64,000 nt of DNA from Octopus vulgaris (Eukaryota): NCBI GenBank assembly GCA_951406725.2, contig OX597819.1:682001-746000 (forward strand), given 5' to 3'. This document shows, one piece after another, positions 35,650 through 50,491 of the stretch. Numbering within the stretch: position 1 is the stretch's first letter; each line of letters begins with the position of its first letter. The notes under the pieces were generated by a model. The model searched no databases. It was not told the DNA's origin and was given only the letters and a program-made list of their open reading frames with translations. Both the position numbers and the translations under genes were made by a program.

Positions 35650-38600
35650 CTAAGAGAAAAAAAGAAAGAAAGAAAAAAATTTAAATGCTCAGTAAAAATA
35701 AAAATAATTGAAAGAATTAAGTGTTACTTTCCTCAGATATAGCATGAAATTCTTCAAGATGAATATTCTAGACCACAATCATGGTCTAAAGAGAACAAAA
35801 AGTAAACTATTATACATAGCAGAAATATGTATGTCTGCATTGAGCAGTCACACAAGTGTTGCTCACATAGGACTACTACTGATATATTTGGACTCTACTG
35901 TTTCTACACACAAAAACATAACCAAAAGAAAGCTATTCAGTTAATTAACAAATTTGCTTTTTCTTCCACATGACCACTGCGCAATAGTTGTAAGCAAATG
36001 CCTCTGTCATGCAGACAGTGTCATTCTCTTCCAGTCTTCCATGAAAGATTATTGAGACAAGGGGAAATATTACCTTACTTGGAAACAGCTGACTACTGGC
36101 AACAGAAAGGGTATCCAGCCTTAGAAAATTCACTTTAACAAATTCTGTCTATTACATGCAAACATAGAAAGGGGTAAATTAAAATGGTGAGTACACACAC
36201 ACATGTATATGCATAAATATACACATATATAAAATGGCCTTGTTACACTTAAATCTAACTATCACCAGTTTACCTACATATATAGTAGAAAACTTGTGAA
36301 TAATTGTATATTAGTACTAATCAGAAAGGTGTATTATCTACTATATAATCTCCTAAGCACGTTAACATATGTAATAATAAAAGATAAAAGAAAATGATTT
36401 CTTAAATAACTGCATTTAGGTGTTTGTCATTTGATGGTGAACAAATAAATGATATAGGTTTCTTCAAATTGAACTAACGAATATGTTTTACATATATACA
36501 CTACTACGTTTTAGAAAATGCAAAATAGCTTATTAATAAGTAACACAAAAATGTTTTTCACAGGCTACATTTTTTTAGTGGTACAACCCTTCAAGCAATA
36601 ACAAAAGTTTAATCAAGGAGTTGATGGATAATCAACATGGTCGGTTGACTGTTTGAATAACTGAAAGAGAGAATATACAGAGCAAAGAGGAGGAAAGAAA
36701 GTAAAAAACTAAAAAAAAAAAAAGATTTGCTCTCTTCAACTGAAAGTACCAAGTGTTACTGTCTTTTGAAAAGTTCACCCACTCATTCATACATACATAC
36801 ATATCCTTGTAGGTGAATTTGAGAGAAGAAAACTGAAATAAATCCGTGTTTGTGTATGTGTGAATGTTTATGTTTGCATTTCTCTGGAAATTGCACAAGC
36901 TACAAGCAGTGACATTGCTGTAATTTCTCCTGTCAATTGGTTGCCCATTGGTTTCAAGCCTTCAAAGACATGTGAAATAAGGTAACCCTTACTTGAAAAA
37001 CAGTTAAAAATTAGTGGCAGCAAAGGCATCCAATTGTAAAACAATTTGATAATATATTCATTTAATTCATACTAACATAGAAATGTAGTAATTAAAATGG
37101 TCAAATACACACATACATATAGATACATGTACAATTTGAATATTTTGATGTATACATCTTTGCCGAGAACATTTGTAGCTCAAATAAAGTAGTTACAAGC
37201 AGGAAGCAAAACAAGACCTAATATTTAATATTAATAATCATGATAAACATCTATAAATTTTGAATACTGCTATAAAATTTGTAAAATTATCTTACCATGT
37301 ATTTTAAATGTAAAAAATATTTCCTTCTAAAAAATTATATAAAGTCAGTCTAGAAGAACTGAAAGTTATCAAGAAAGAATTGTACTGATTCTATTGTTAT
37401 TTTTCTAATTAAATATAACAAAAGGAAAAAAAGGGATAGCAAAAAAAGAACAATAACGTTTTGATATCATTCAATCAAACTTCAGAGTCCAATAACTTAT
37501 TCAATTTAGTCAGTTGATAAGTTAATTAAAAGAAGATTTTAATGATAAAACTTCTATATCATAAGTGTAAATCACTTACGTTTGTTATTTACTTCTTTTG
37601 AATGACAAATAATGTTACTCATCATTCTTTATTTTTGTTTTGCTTAATTGAAAGAGTTTTAATGAATTAAAAAAAGCTTCCAGAGAGAGAAGGGAAAATA
37701 AATACGCAGTATTTCATTTCATATTACTTTGCACTTATGTTAATTTAAATGATGCTCAGGATCACCAGTGGACACACACGCACGCATGCATACATGCACG
37801 CACGTGCACACACACACATACACACACATACACACACAAAGCTTCTGTACATTTTATGCATATCAAATTCCACTGACAAGGTACTGTACAATGGGATTGA
37901 CTGTAGAACCATGTGATTGTGAAGTGAACTTCTTAACCTCATAGCTGTATTTGTGTTGACAACTCTAGCAGCTGTCTTGTTACTAGTGTCATAGTTTTAA
38001 CATCTACCCATGCTTGCATGGGTCAAACAAAATTCGTTGAGGCAGATATTCTATCAGATGCTCTTTCTGTTACCACCTCTCACCTGTTTCGAAGCAAAAT
38101 AATATTTCCCTTAGTCCTTCAGATAAGAAGAGCTCAATGGCTAGATATGTTTCCACAGATTACAAACAAATCAGTTTTTGTATGAACGGGGACTTTGTTT
38201 ACAATCAGTACACAATGTCTACACAAAGAGACAATTTTGATTGGTCCTAAATATACATGTATGCATGCACACACACGTGTTTGTGTATTTGTGCCCAAGA
38301 AGTTTGTTTCACTCCACAAAGTTTCAAGTTCAGCCCCTCTGTACAAAACATTTTCTACTTTAGCCCCAGACCAACCAATGCCATGTGAGCAAATTCGGTA
38401 GATGAAATTGGTATGGAAACTTGTGCGTGCATGCATGCATGTGTGTGTGTGTGTACGCGCACGCATGCATGTGCCTGAGAGGTATCATTTAAACTACTTG
38501 CATGATGTTAGATGAATGAAAACAAAATCCCCAAAGTGGTTTTATATATGCATCTCTAGTAAATATTACAGTCCATAACTTTGTGCTCTTAAAATAGTGG

Positions 38601-39659
38601 AATAAAAAAAAGTTTCTTATTTAAATAACAGGTAAGATATGGTACCTGGTCATGAAAATTCTACTTCAAATAAGTTACTTGGTTCAACCTATACATGTGA
38701 GATAGCACAAATGGAATGAGAGAAATAAGAGACGGGCAGATGGACATGAGAGTTAGGCAAAAATTTTTAAAAGTGATGAAAATGTGTGAGCATCTGTATA
38801 TATATAAGGAAAAAATTTAGAAATTTCACTTATAATAATGTGAATAGATTACATTTAGTAAGCAAGGTATTTAATATAAACATATTAGAACAGTGTAAAA
38901 ATACAGTAGATGAAAAATAGTCAAATTTAATCCAGGACTATCAATTTGTAGATGTTTAGTTCAAAGTGCAATAGATACCATGATCTATTTAAATAGTTGA
39001 ACTAGACACTCATATCTTGTTCATTACTTTATACTTCTGAGTTCAAATTACACTAAAATTATACTCCTGAGTTCGAATTTTCTTTTCATACCTCTGAGGT
39101 TGATACACATAACAATAACATAAAGGGATTTGGATAACATCCCTTTGTAAAGAAAAAAAAATCTAAGTGTTGTAATAGAAACTAATACACATAGACTATT
39201 AATAGAGCTATAATTAGTACCTAAATACTTAAAACAAAGCTAATAGCTAATAAATTAGTTCTCAAAATAGTAATGAAAATGAGGCTGTCAACAACATTGA
39301 TTCAGGAGAATTAGGATTTAGATATGTGAAATGTTGAACTAAATAAAAACATCTTAAAAGTATGAGTGTTTCTGAAATCCATGCACTAGTTCTCACATAA
39401 TATTTAGGCTAGACAAACTAAATCATTCTTATTCTAAATTCCAACATTAAAAGATTTTAACAATGGCAAGCTAAGTCATAGATCTAAAAGTTAGCTTTTA
39501 GAACAAGGCAATCAAGACTTCTTGAAAAACAACCAAAACTTCAATTTAATGGCAAATATATTTGAATGGCAAAAAGAATCTTATACATTTAATCTTGATT
39601 TTTATCATACCATCATAATTTATCCCAACCAAAGAAACTGAAATTTGGTATTACTTCCT

Positions 39660-40077
39660 ATCCATACCCTCCATCAGACACCTACCATATTCTGAGCGCC
39701 TTGTTTCCCTGGGCATGGATTCACTGAAGCTCCGGCGTCTGGCGACGGACTTGGTAAACACCCACAAGGTTATCAACCACCTCACCAACAACAACACTGA
39801 ACACCTTTTTGATCTCCATGTGTCTAACACACGTGGACATGCCTACAAAGTCAGAAAACAGCACAGCTCCCATGACTTTCGGAAACATTTTTTCACGCTC
39901 AGGGTTGCTGAAGCGTGGAATAAACTGCCTGCGTCAGTTGTTGACTGCCATGACACTGCATCCTTTAAGGCCCTCATGCTTCCCGAAATCCGTCGAAACT
40001 ACACCTGATTATATATACACTTTAGATGAGTTGTAGTGCACCTGAGCACTGTACACAATTATTATTATTATTATTAT
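39660..40077 (+). mobile_element. CR1/L2-like LINE 3' fragment with (ATT)n tail
   Basis: PYSERLVSLGMDSLKLRRLATDL...NTRGHAYK...RKHFFTLRVAEAWNKLP, a typical CR1-type C-terminus. Confidence 0.85.
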
Positions 40078-40829
40078 TTTAAATGATCTCTTTAGTTAAA
40101 CTGAAGATAACACCATAATAACAAGGAAATCAAGAATGAAACCATTTCAAATACTTATTAAAAAGAAGAAAAATAGAAATTTCAATAATTAATGATGATG
40201 ATATAACTTCTTTCTTGGTTGTCATATTTGAATACGCTGTTATAAAATCAGTAAAATAGTAGAATTTGAGGAAATCAGCCTGTGTTAATAAATAGAAAGT
40301 ACACAAAGTGAAATAAATTATGCTGCTACAAGAAAGGAAAGAGTCTAAAGTTTTAAGAAAGAAGAGTTCTGTGTGAAATGCTAGAATTCTTTTCTTCCTC
40401 ATGACACCACTCAGTGAATTGTTATAAATACTTTAATTCTTTCTAAATTAATTCCCTGTAATCACTTCATCATCTCTAAATTCTTGACATGGAATAGACA
40501 ATTTGCTGTATAAAAATGTTAACATGCAGTAGGCACAGATATATGACAACAAGCCAACTCCATATTATCAGTAACTGTATTGTGGGAGAGCCATTCTAGC
40601 CATTTAATAACAAAGATTTTAATACAGCTTAAAATTATTTCAAGACTTATTAAAATTTTTGTTGCACAACATAATTTAAAGGGAGGACAGGATTGGACAG
40701 CAGAAGGAGATGGGGAGGAGAGATAAGTGTAGTGCTTGAAAAAGAGGAAATGTTAAGAAGAGATGTAGTTTGGCTTATTGGGGTAGGGTGTATGAAAAAT
40801 TTGTTTCATGTAGGTGGGACACTCAGCTC

Positions 40830-41250
40830 TTGCAGTTTTGCTGAGGTGGGTGGGTCTTCTGAAGAACCTCATATTGCCAGACATCTCGGTCCATTTGTCC
40901 ATGAAGGTCAATATCTTGAGATTGGTCCTCACTACTTCATCCCATGTTTTTCTGGGACTCCCTCTTCCACAGGTGCCATCCACTTTATACTGCTGTCTAC
41001 ATTTAGATATATCACATGTCCAAACCAACATAGTCTTCTCTCTTGCATGTGCATCTGATTCCTAGCTTCATTCCTCTCTAGTCTATGCACATCTTCTGCA
41101 TTCTGAACCCATGTTTTACTACCATGGAATATAACCATTCATACACATGCATCATACAATCTGCCTCTCACTCTGAGAGGGAGTTCTTCTTTTGCCAACA
41201 GAGGTATTAGCTTTCTGAACTTCCTCCATCCTATTCTTTTTTCAGCAACA
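40830..41250 (-). mobile_element. RTE-clade LINE remnant
   Basis: HGSKTW, QERRLCWFGHV, GTCGRGSPRKTWDEVV. Confidence 0.75.
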
Positions 41251-41986
41251 ATATGGTTTCTTATTTAAATATGAAGTGAACCAATTCAAATAAAAATATT
41301 CAAATCAAAAGGATATGCTTATGAAAGAATGAACACAGACAGCTTAGGTTAAAAGGGATTTATTACTATTGTAGGAAACATATATTTTAGTGCTGGTGGC
41401 AACATAAACTGCATCCAGTCTAGGCTGTAAAATAATTGCTGCTAGAGAAGGTCTACAGCCATAGAAACTATGTAAAAACATGTTGCACACAGTAAAGATG
41501 ACTTTTCTCTATTGTTGTCTGTTTCAGATGACAAAAAAAGACTGGAATGAGTGGTAATGCTCTGAGATCCATTGCCATTATTATAATGGCACAGGCTGCA
41601 TGATTAAGAAGTTTTCTTTGCAGCTGCATGGTTTCAGGTTCAGTCCCACTGCATGACAACTTAGGCAAGCGTCTTCTGTTATAGTCCATGTTGACTAAAG
41701 CCTTGTGAATGGATTTGATAGACAGAAACTGAAAGCCTGTTGAGCAAGCACACATGCACACACACATTCACACACACATACACATATGTATATCTTCTTG
41801 TCTTGACATCATACAGTTGTAAACAGGTGTTACCATCATACAAGTGGTGTCTTTCATTTCCAGTCTTCTCTGGAAACATGTCCAGCCATTAAGAAATATT
41901 CTCGCTTGGAAACAGGTGAGGGATGGTGACAAGAAGGAGATTTGGTTGCACAAAAATTCTGATTGATATGCACAGTGGACATAAAA

Positions 41987-42019
<33 letters not shown>

Positions 42020-42149
42020 ATCATTATCATTATTCACTCACAGCTTACTTTCCCATCACAGTGCCTGCTAATGTAATCAATAACAATGATTTCTTTTATT
42101 TGCCACAAGGCACTGAGGATTATATCAAAAGATGAATCAATAATAATAA

Positions 42150-42600
42150 TAATCTTTCTACCATAGACATAAGGCCTGAAATTTTATCCCTTTTTTGGTG
42201 GGGGGAGTTGATTAGATTGACAGCAGTGTCAACTGTTACTTATTTCATTGACCTTGAAAGAATGAAAGGCAAAATTGATCCCAGTGGAATTTGAACTCAA
42301 AACACAAAGAGAGACGAAATTCCATGTTGCTAAGCAATTTGCCTGACTTGCTAACAATTCTGCCAGGTTGCTGTCTTCATGATAGTAATAATCCTTTCTA
42401 TCATAGATACAAGGCCTAAAATTTGAGAGTAGAGGGGCAAGTCAATTACATCAACTTCAGTGCTTGACTGGTATTTTCATGCACCCTGAAAAGATGAATG
42501 GCAAAGTCAACCCTGGAGGCATATGAACTTAGAATTTAAAGACAGACGAAATGCAGCTGAGCATTTTGTCCAGTAAGCTAATGATTCTGCCAATTCACTG
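42150..42600 (-). mobile_element. Two tandem SINEs of a third family in (TAA)n; related copies at 47685-47900 (+), 63895-64000 (+) and ~44910-45100
   Basis: Two ~230-bp similar units (aatc.tttcta.cataga.a.aaggcct.aaattt ... gaatgaaaggcaaa ... ttgaactca ... gctaacaattctgcca). Confidence 0.7.
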
Positions 42601-42602
42601 TT

Positions 42603-42636
<34 letters not shown>

Positions 42637-42789
42637 TAATAATAATATTGATTTCATTTATTTGCCAGAAGGGCAAAGGATGAGGGGGACAATACAATAA
42701 AGCATAGGGGTTTACATATAATGAAATGATATTATACATGGTATAATAACAATAATAATAATGATAATTAAAAATAATGTATCAACCAT

Positions 42790-43345
42790 CTCTTGAGCAA
42801 ATGTAGTAAGCTAAAATAAAAGAATATAAGAGCAAGCATGACTATGTAGGTGAAAGTGTGCATTGGGATGTTTGCCGAGTGTGTGAATTCAAAGTAACAC
42901 AAAAGTGGTATGAACACAAGCCAAAGGCTGTGATAGAGAATAAGAATTACAAGATTTCATGGGATTTCCCCATAAAGACTAACTATACTATTGAAACAAG
43001 GAGACTGGATATGGTTACATAGGACAAAAAAGAAAAACAAAAAAAGTGCAATACTATATGATAATATAGTGGATACCATATAAATTGCAAAAAATTGAGA
43101 AATATCAGAACCTAGTCAGAAAAATGAAGAGATTGTGGAAGACTAGGACTAAGATTATTCCTGTAGTAATTAGTGCATTTGGCAAAACACTCAAACTGCT
43201 ACCTAAGGGATTGATAGATATTGGAATTGATACTTGCACTGTTGATCTGTGGAGAAATACAATCCTATATTCTAAAAGAATCCAAAGAAAGATTCTTGGA
43301 ATTTGAGGAGACTTGTCACCAAGCCTTAACACATCTCTCTATTAA
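42790..43345 (+). mobile_element. Restriction-like-endonuclease LINE (R4/Dong-like) 3' remnant; similar remnant at ~47180-47660
   Basis: KWYEHKPKAVIENKNYKISWDFPIKT...KIEKYQNL...IIPVVISAFG; adjacent to (TAA)n repeats. Confidence 0.7.
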
Positions 43346-44059
43346 CTAATAGAATAATAATGATATATTTTAATTGTCTGATGGCATGGAAGATAAAAAC
43401 ATACTAGTAGAATTTGTAGTGTCATGGTTGTTGAGAATCTGACTGCAAGATCTAATATTATATTGAAATGTAGAAGGAGAGTTTGATTTCCATACTTCAA
43501 CAACCAAAACCTCATGCTCAACTGCAATATAGAGCACTACACACCACAAGATATCAACTTGCAACTCTTCAGTTAAAAGAGAAGCATATTATGTACATGA
43601 CCACTGTAAGTAATCCTCCACAAGATAACAATACCGATTTCTTTATTACTTTCAAATCTTATTTTTTTTAAATGCTATAGTTGATTGAAAGACTTATTAC
43701 CTAGGGACATACTCTGCATGAAAACCAAATACTAAGGTCAGTACTAATATAATGCTGTAAGCCAAAAAAAATTTAATTAATTAAAATTTTACCTTGGGGA
43801 AAAGGGAATGACTTATTAGCTTAATGATCATTTCAATGCTTTTCTAGACTAGAATTGATAATTAAGCAAACGATTCTGTTTCCTCATTATTGATGTGATT
43901 TTAATTAGCTAAGAGTTTTAGCTCAAGAGTTAAAAAAAAAATAAAGAAAAGACAAACATGAAATAGTAAATCAGGTAAGTAGGCAAGTAAAGATAAATAC
44001 AAATTACCATTCATAAATTTCTTTAAAAAAATTTTTTTAAAGTTACTATTTACCTAAGA

Positions 44060-44910
44060 ACCATCAGATGTGGTGTGCAAGAGAGACAACTGCACTTGTA
44101 TGGTCATGTGGTTAGAATGGATGAGGATAGCTGTGTGAAAAAGTATCACACCCTAGCGGTTGAGGGAACCTGTGGAAGAGGTGGACCCAGGAAGACCTGG
44201 GATGAGGTAGTGAAGCATGACCTTTGAACATTAGGCCTCACCGAGGCAACGACTAGTGACTGAGACCTTTGGAAATATGCTGTGCTTGAGAAGATGCAGC
44301 AAGCCAAATGAGACCATAACCCATGGCCTATGCCAGTGGTGTAACCAGCCCACTTATGCATACCTTTCCTTCATTGGACACTAAACTCTGCTTGCGAAGG
44401 CCTGTTGAGGTAAGTGAAATCGAAATCAAATTTGATGACAGCACCTTTTGATTGGCATCTGAGCTAGTGGAGCACTAAGAGCATCATCCGAGTGTGATCA
44501 TTGCCAGGGCTGCTGACTGGCTCCCATACCGGTGGCATGTACTAAGCACCATGCGAACGTGATTGTTACCAGCGTTGCCTTACTGGCAATTGTGCTGGGT
44601 GCACGTCAAACACAACATTCAAGGGAGGTCATTGCCAGTGCTGCTGGACTGGCTCCTGTGCAGGTGGCATGTAAAAAACACCATTTGAGCATGGCCGTTG
44701 CTAGTACTGCCTGACTGGCCCTCATGCCGGTGGCATGTAAATGCACCCACTACACTCTCGGAGTGGTTGGTGTTAGGAAGGGCATCCAGGTGTAGAAACT
44801 CTGCCATATCAGATTGGAGCCTGGCGCAGCCATCTGGCTCGCCAGTCCTCAGTCAAACCGTCCAACCCATGCCAGCATGGAAAGCGGATGTTAAACAATG
44901 ATGATGATGA
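44060..44910 (+). mobile_element. RTE-clade LINE 3' end with internally repetitive 3' UTR and (GAT)n tail
   Basis: VQERQLHLYGHVVRMDEDSCVKK...VEGTCGRGGPRKTWDEVVKHDL; terminus acccatgccagcatggaaagcggatgttaaacaatgatgatg. Confidence 0.82.
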
Positions 44911-46079
44911 ATAATTTCTTATATTGGCATAAAGGCACATTCTGGGAAAAGAACACAGTCAACCTAATAAACACCAGTGCAAGACAAATACTTTATTTTC
45001 CTGATACTGGAAGGATAAAAGGCAAGAACTGAACCCAGAATGAATGCAGCTAAATACTGTAAAGTAATTTGATGACACACTACAGATTCTGGAAGTCGCT
45101 GTCTTAATCATGGTAAGCTGGTTTCCATGTTGCATGGAGTGGACAGCTGGAATGAGTTTGATGAGTTGGAGGATGACATTATGCACCAATGGTTTATATG
45201 GCTGGATGCCCTTCCTAATGCCAACCACTTTACAGAAAGCTCTAGGTGTCTTCTTCATAGTACCAGCATTAAGAGCTTAAAGAGGCCTCTATAACTGAGA
45301 GAGGCCAGAAGAGAATGGGGCAATGATCCAAGGTAAAAGGATCAACAATTCTAGGTAAGAAAATAAGATGGGAGTTTGGTAAAGAACAAAGGAAAGGAAA
45401 GGGATTAGAGACAGTGGTGACATTATAAGGGGCAAGTATGGACAGACAAGATGAGGGAAAGGGGACAGGAAGGTAGCAATAGACTAGGATGGAGAGGAAT
45501 AATAAGTTAATGAAGTGAAATCTGGTGGTAAGTCAGAGGGGGAAAGATGAGAAAAGGTATTGAGGGAGAAGAGAAGTTGAGGGGAAGAAATTAGAGGATG
45601 AAAGGAAAAAAGATGCCGGAGGGTACCATGGAAGTACTTTCCAGAATGATGAGGAAGAGCAGAAGAGAGCATGGAGAAAGAGAAATTGGGGGGGGGGGGG
45701 GGCATAGGTGGGTGCAGAGAAGATATCCTAGAGGTGTAAGGGTAGGTAGTAAAATAAAGGTAAGAGATGAAGGGTGGCAATAGAAGTAACCCAGAGGAGT
45801 GTGTGCTGTGATGATGAAAAGATCGGATTCCACTTGGGGACATGTAAGGTGATGTGATGGTGAGGTTGGCTTAGTCATTTTAATGTCCACTTTTCCATGC
45901 TTGCATAGGTCAGAATGAATTTGTTGCAACAAATTTTCTATAGCTGGACATCCTTTCTCTTGCTAACTCTCATTTGTTTCCAAGCGAGACAGTATTTTCC
46001 CACGGCCTGAAAAGTTTTCACAGAAGATTGGAAATGAACTGCAGTATTTCTACTGCAGCACCTCTTCTGGCTATGAAAC

Positions 46080-46590
46080 CAAATTGCATTTCATCTATAT
46101 TTACTCTGTTATGAATCAATTGCGCTATGGCTCTCGGTTTCTTTTATAACCTGTTCAAGTAGTTAGATTCCTCTATAATTTTCTCTCTCTAAGCCATCTC
46201 CTTTGCCTTTGCAACAGTTTGTGATGATACTGCAATACCAGTTACAAGGTATGATACCTTTCTTGTATTACTTGAAATAATTATGTATCTGGCCTGACTA
46301 AGTATTTTGATCCATCCCTGATGAACCAGCTCCTTTTTCACCCTTTATTCCCTTGATCATTTTATCTACCATGCTGCTGTCAACTTGAAATGCTGGTTCC
46401 TCTGTAAGGTCAGCATGAAGTAAACTCTCTTTATTCTATGCATTTTCTACATTGAACAGGATCTAATAAAAGCACATCCATGCCACTTTTTTGCCTTCCA
46501 CAGTAATGGTGCATGTGCCTTCATTATTCTAAATACACTTCTTTCCAATGACATCTCAGTTCTCTAAAACACACTGTTTCACAATCCTAA
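46080..46590 (-). mobile_element. Old RTE-like RT remnant (similar piece at ~29830-30220)
   Basis: Degenerate (A)LER.NYRGI.LL.QV.K motif in both pieces. Confidence 0.55.
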
Positions 46591-47904
46591 AAATTTAACA
46601 ATGACAATTAGATCTACAATTTTATAAATTGAGAACTACTGTTGATAAGTTGATAACGATGAAGAAAAATATAAACCTGCAATTGATTGACAATTTTAAA
46701 GATGAATGTACATATGTATGTGTTTTGTATAGTTGTGTATGTGTCTGCATGTACTACTATATTGCTGTGCTACAAGCTGTGATATTATCATTTCCCCTGT
46801 CAACAAATTGTCAACTACTTTTGTGCCATTTGAAACAAAGAATAAAAGATACCTTACTTGAAAAACAGTTAAAGGTTAGTAATAAGAAGGGCATTCAGCT
46901 GTAAAACAATGTCTCAATAATATATTTGTCAAGCCCATGCTAACATGAAAAACATGGACATAAAAAAAGGATGAAAACTTCAAAAATGCAAGTAGAAAAT
47001 TTGTAAACTGACGATGACAAATTACAATTTGATATAATTACGGATATGTACTTGCATAGCAAGTGATTTGATCTGAGATCGTGTGCTGGAATGAAAACAA
47101 TTGCAGCGTGGAAGGTGTTTGTAAGCCATTTAAGAATTTGATATAAGAATCAAGGAAATTACAAGAGAAACAGGAGGCCAACAAGAATTATACTACTGGC
47201 TCCAAAATTCATGTTTAACAATTTCCTTTGAAATGGTTCTAGCACAAGATCAGAACCTGCCCACCAAAAGTTATAAAAAATTACTGGTGTTTAGCTAAAT
47301 CTGAGTACAGCAACAAACATATTAAAGCGAACACATAGGTGACAGTGCCAACACTTTGAAATTGGCATAGAAAGCAGTTGGTACAAACAAACATTGCAGG
47401 CAATATTTGTGGGTGCTGATAGATTAGAGTAAACCCTCCTGTGAAAGAGACTAGTAATAAACGTAAGACAACTCTTTGAATTACAAGTATATTCAATTTG
47501 AAGAGATAAAGAATTGTTTAAGTATGAAGATTTACAAATAGAAACAAATAAGATACGAAAACCAGAAACACAAATAATTCCTGTAGGTATACTAGGACTA
47601 AGAACAATAATAAAGAAAAAATACATCAAATAAAGAAACAAAGATATATCAAGTTTATCCACATTATTACATATAACATTAAGTTGAGAGGCTGGCAGAA
47701 TTCTTTGTGTTGGACAAAAAGCTTAGTGGCATTTCTTCTGGCTTTACATTCTGAGTTTAAATGCTGCTGAGGTTTACATTGCCTTCAGTTTCTTTGGGAT
47801 TGATAAAATAAGTACCAGTTAGTAAGTGGGGCCAATGTAATTGACTAACTTGCACCCACCAAAATTTTAGGCTTCATGCCTACAGTGGAAAGGATTATAA
47901 CATA

Positions 47905-49212
47905 CTAGCATTATGACCCGTCGTTGCTGGATCATAGCGCCAGATATAAAGGTAAAAATAAAATATTTCCACTTTGCAAGGTTCGAGTCGAGTACTCCCT
48001 TGCACGCTCCGTTGACTCGAACCTTGCTTCTATTGTGGCGAATTTACCGCCTCTGATTAGATATCTTTCATAGTCGCACCAAGACACTTTTCGATGGTGC
48101 TTTCCTCCAGGTGTTCAAATCTTTTTTTTTTCTCTACATTGTATACTTTATAGACAATAGTCTTTTCTTTAATTTAATTTTTTATTTCGTTTGGTGGTGT
48201 TATCCTAGATTCACCGTCTTTGTCGGTGATCAATCCGAAATAGGCTTGTATTTCTTCCATTTTTATTTTAATGAGTTCGCGCCCGCCGACGGCTGCAGTG
48301 AAATTCATTTTTGGACTTTCTTCTATTGAAGGCATTTTAACAAAAATGCTTCCGTATAAACGGTGAAAATATTGTCAATTTCCCCAAACAGGGACACAAT
48401 TCAATTTTTAAACAATAACCAAAGCTCCTTCTCCCAAAGGGGAAGGGTTACGGTTTACAATTATTTAACAAATGCAACACGTTTCCCTTATGAGGAACCA
48501 ACAAACGTGATAACAATAGTTAAACTGTAATAATAATAACAACAAACCTTACGGTGAATCAAAAAGCAGTACGCAGTTGAAGCTATAGTCCTTTATGTAT
48601 AATAAATAAACCAACAGCAGTACTCAGTAGAAGCGGATGTTCACTATTACATACAGCCAAACTTCATATAGATACTTAATGCTAGCTAATTAGCAGATAA
48701 TCTAATGTAAAAGCCGTGGTAAAGGGTATGTGTACAGCTCCATCTGGACTATTCCATTTCTGCACACTAATTTTATTTTTAATTTATTCCCATTCATGTG
48801 AAACCACTTATTCAAGTTCGAGTCATTGATGCAATTTTATACCAATTGCTATTTTTACTTTTAATTGTTATGTTACGATTTAATTTAGTTTGATTTTATT
48901 TATTACTTACTACATATAATTCAATTGTTATTATTATCTCTAATTTTTATTGTTAAAGTGAAAGTATCTGACATAAAATAGAGAAATGTTTTTGTTTCAC
49001 TTTTAACACGTAATACTGAAATAGTGGAGAAGATATGATATTGCTATGGGCTTGCCCTAGGCAAGAAGTTGAACATTTTTTTTGCCCATGAAACTACATG
49101 GACCCTAAATAAGGCATGTGTAAAATTTGAATGAAATTGGTTGTGTTCTCAACTTTTAGGGAAACACACAGACAGACAGACAGACACACATTCTCAGTTT
49201 TATATATATAGA
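47905..49212 (-). mobile_element. Non-autonomous Helitron-like element
   Basis: Minus strand begins A|TCTATATATATAAAACTG... and ends with an imperfect hairpin GATCCAGCAACGACGGGTC about 6 nt before CTAG|T; A-T target with no TSD. Confidence 0.75.
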
Positions 49213-50491
49213 TAGCATTCAAATACAGCAGATTATGTATTTGAATGAGGCATGGCACATGAAGAATGTAACATTCTGAAGCAATAATAGTAATGTCTTG
49301 CATGAATACAAATTTAAATTAGAAATGTATAGTTGATTAAATCAACACTCAGTTAATACTGGAATTTATTGTTAATATTATAGGAAGATAAAGTAAAGGT
49401 GAACTTAGAAAGTGATGAGACATCAACAATGATATTTTAGTTCAGGCATGGGTGCACAAAGAGAACATGAAATAAAATTGATAGACATTAAATCATACAA
49501 AATCTATAGACCACAAAAGAAAGCACCCTCTTCCCCAATACCTTAAAAGATATTTACCCTATTAATAAACTAACCATAAATCATAAATACTACTTAAATG
49601 GTTAACTCAAGTGAAGAAAGCATTCTAAACAAAATTGGCTAGCATCAATAATAATACATCAGGAAAAAATAGGAAATCACAGAGCTTCAAGTAAAAGGGG
49701 GAAATATAAAATGAAGTCTTATCTGGTACTAATACTGTTAATCAACATGCTAAACCAGACTGAATGAAGGCATGCTATATAGTGAAACCTGTCTCTTTCA
49801 CATGAATGTTTTGATATATGTTGAAGATGACAATCTAGAAACATTTCTGGAGATGATATATGGATACACGAGGGAAATGTGATGCAGGTCTAGAAAATGT
49901 GTCAAGGCTATTTAAATAACAACTTGTTAACAAATCCACAAATATTTAAGAAATAATGACTACAATGAGAAAACAGGTTACAAAATTCTACATTTTTAAA
50001 AGTAAAAACTGAAAAATATACTTGGTGTAAATTATCTAGAGGCTTTGTAAAGTTGCAGTTACAGCATAGTCAAAAAGAAATTAGAAAGAATAAAACAAAT
50101 AAAACAGAAAATAATGACAGTACAGTCACCAAATCTGGCAGAGAATATATATCATGAATACAAGGAGTCAGAGATTTTCTACACTTAGAAGATTATAATA
50201 TGATAGCTATTATAAGGTTACAAATATATCTAATGGAGAGAAAAACTGAAACAATTTCTTCTATTGTTTACTTGTGTCAGTCATTCAGCTATGGCTATGT
50301 TGGGATACTGTCTTGAAGAGTTTTAGTTGAACAAATCGACCCCAGTACTTATTTTTTTAAGCCTAGTACTTATTCTATCAGATTTTTTTGCTGAACTTCT
50401 AAGTTATGAGGACATAAATGCATGAACACCACTCATCAAATGATGGTGGGGCACACACACACATATACATATATATATATATATATATATA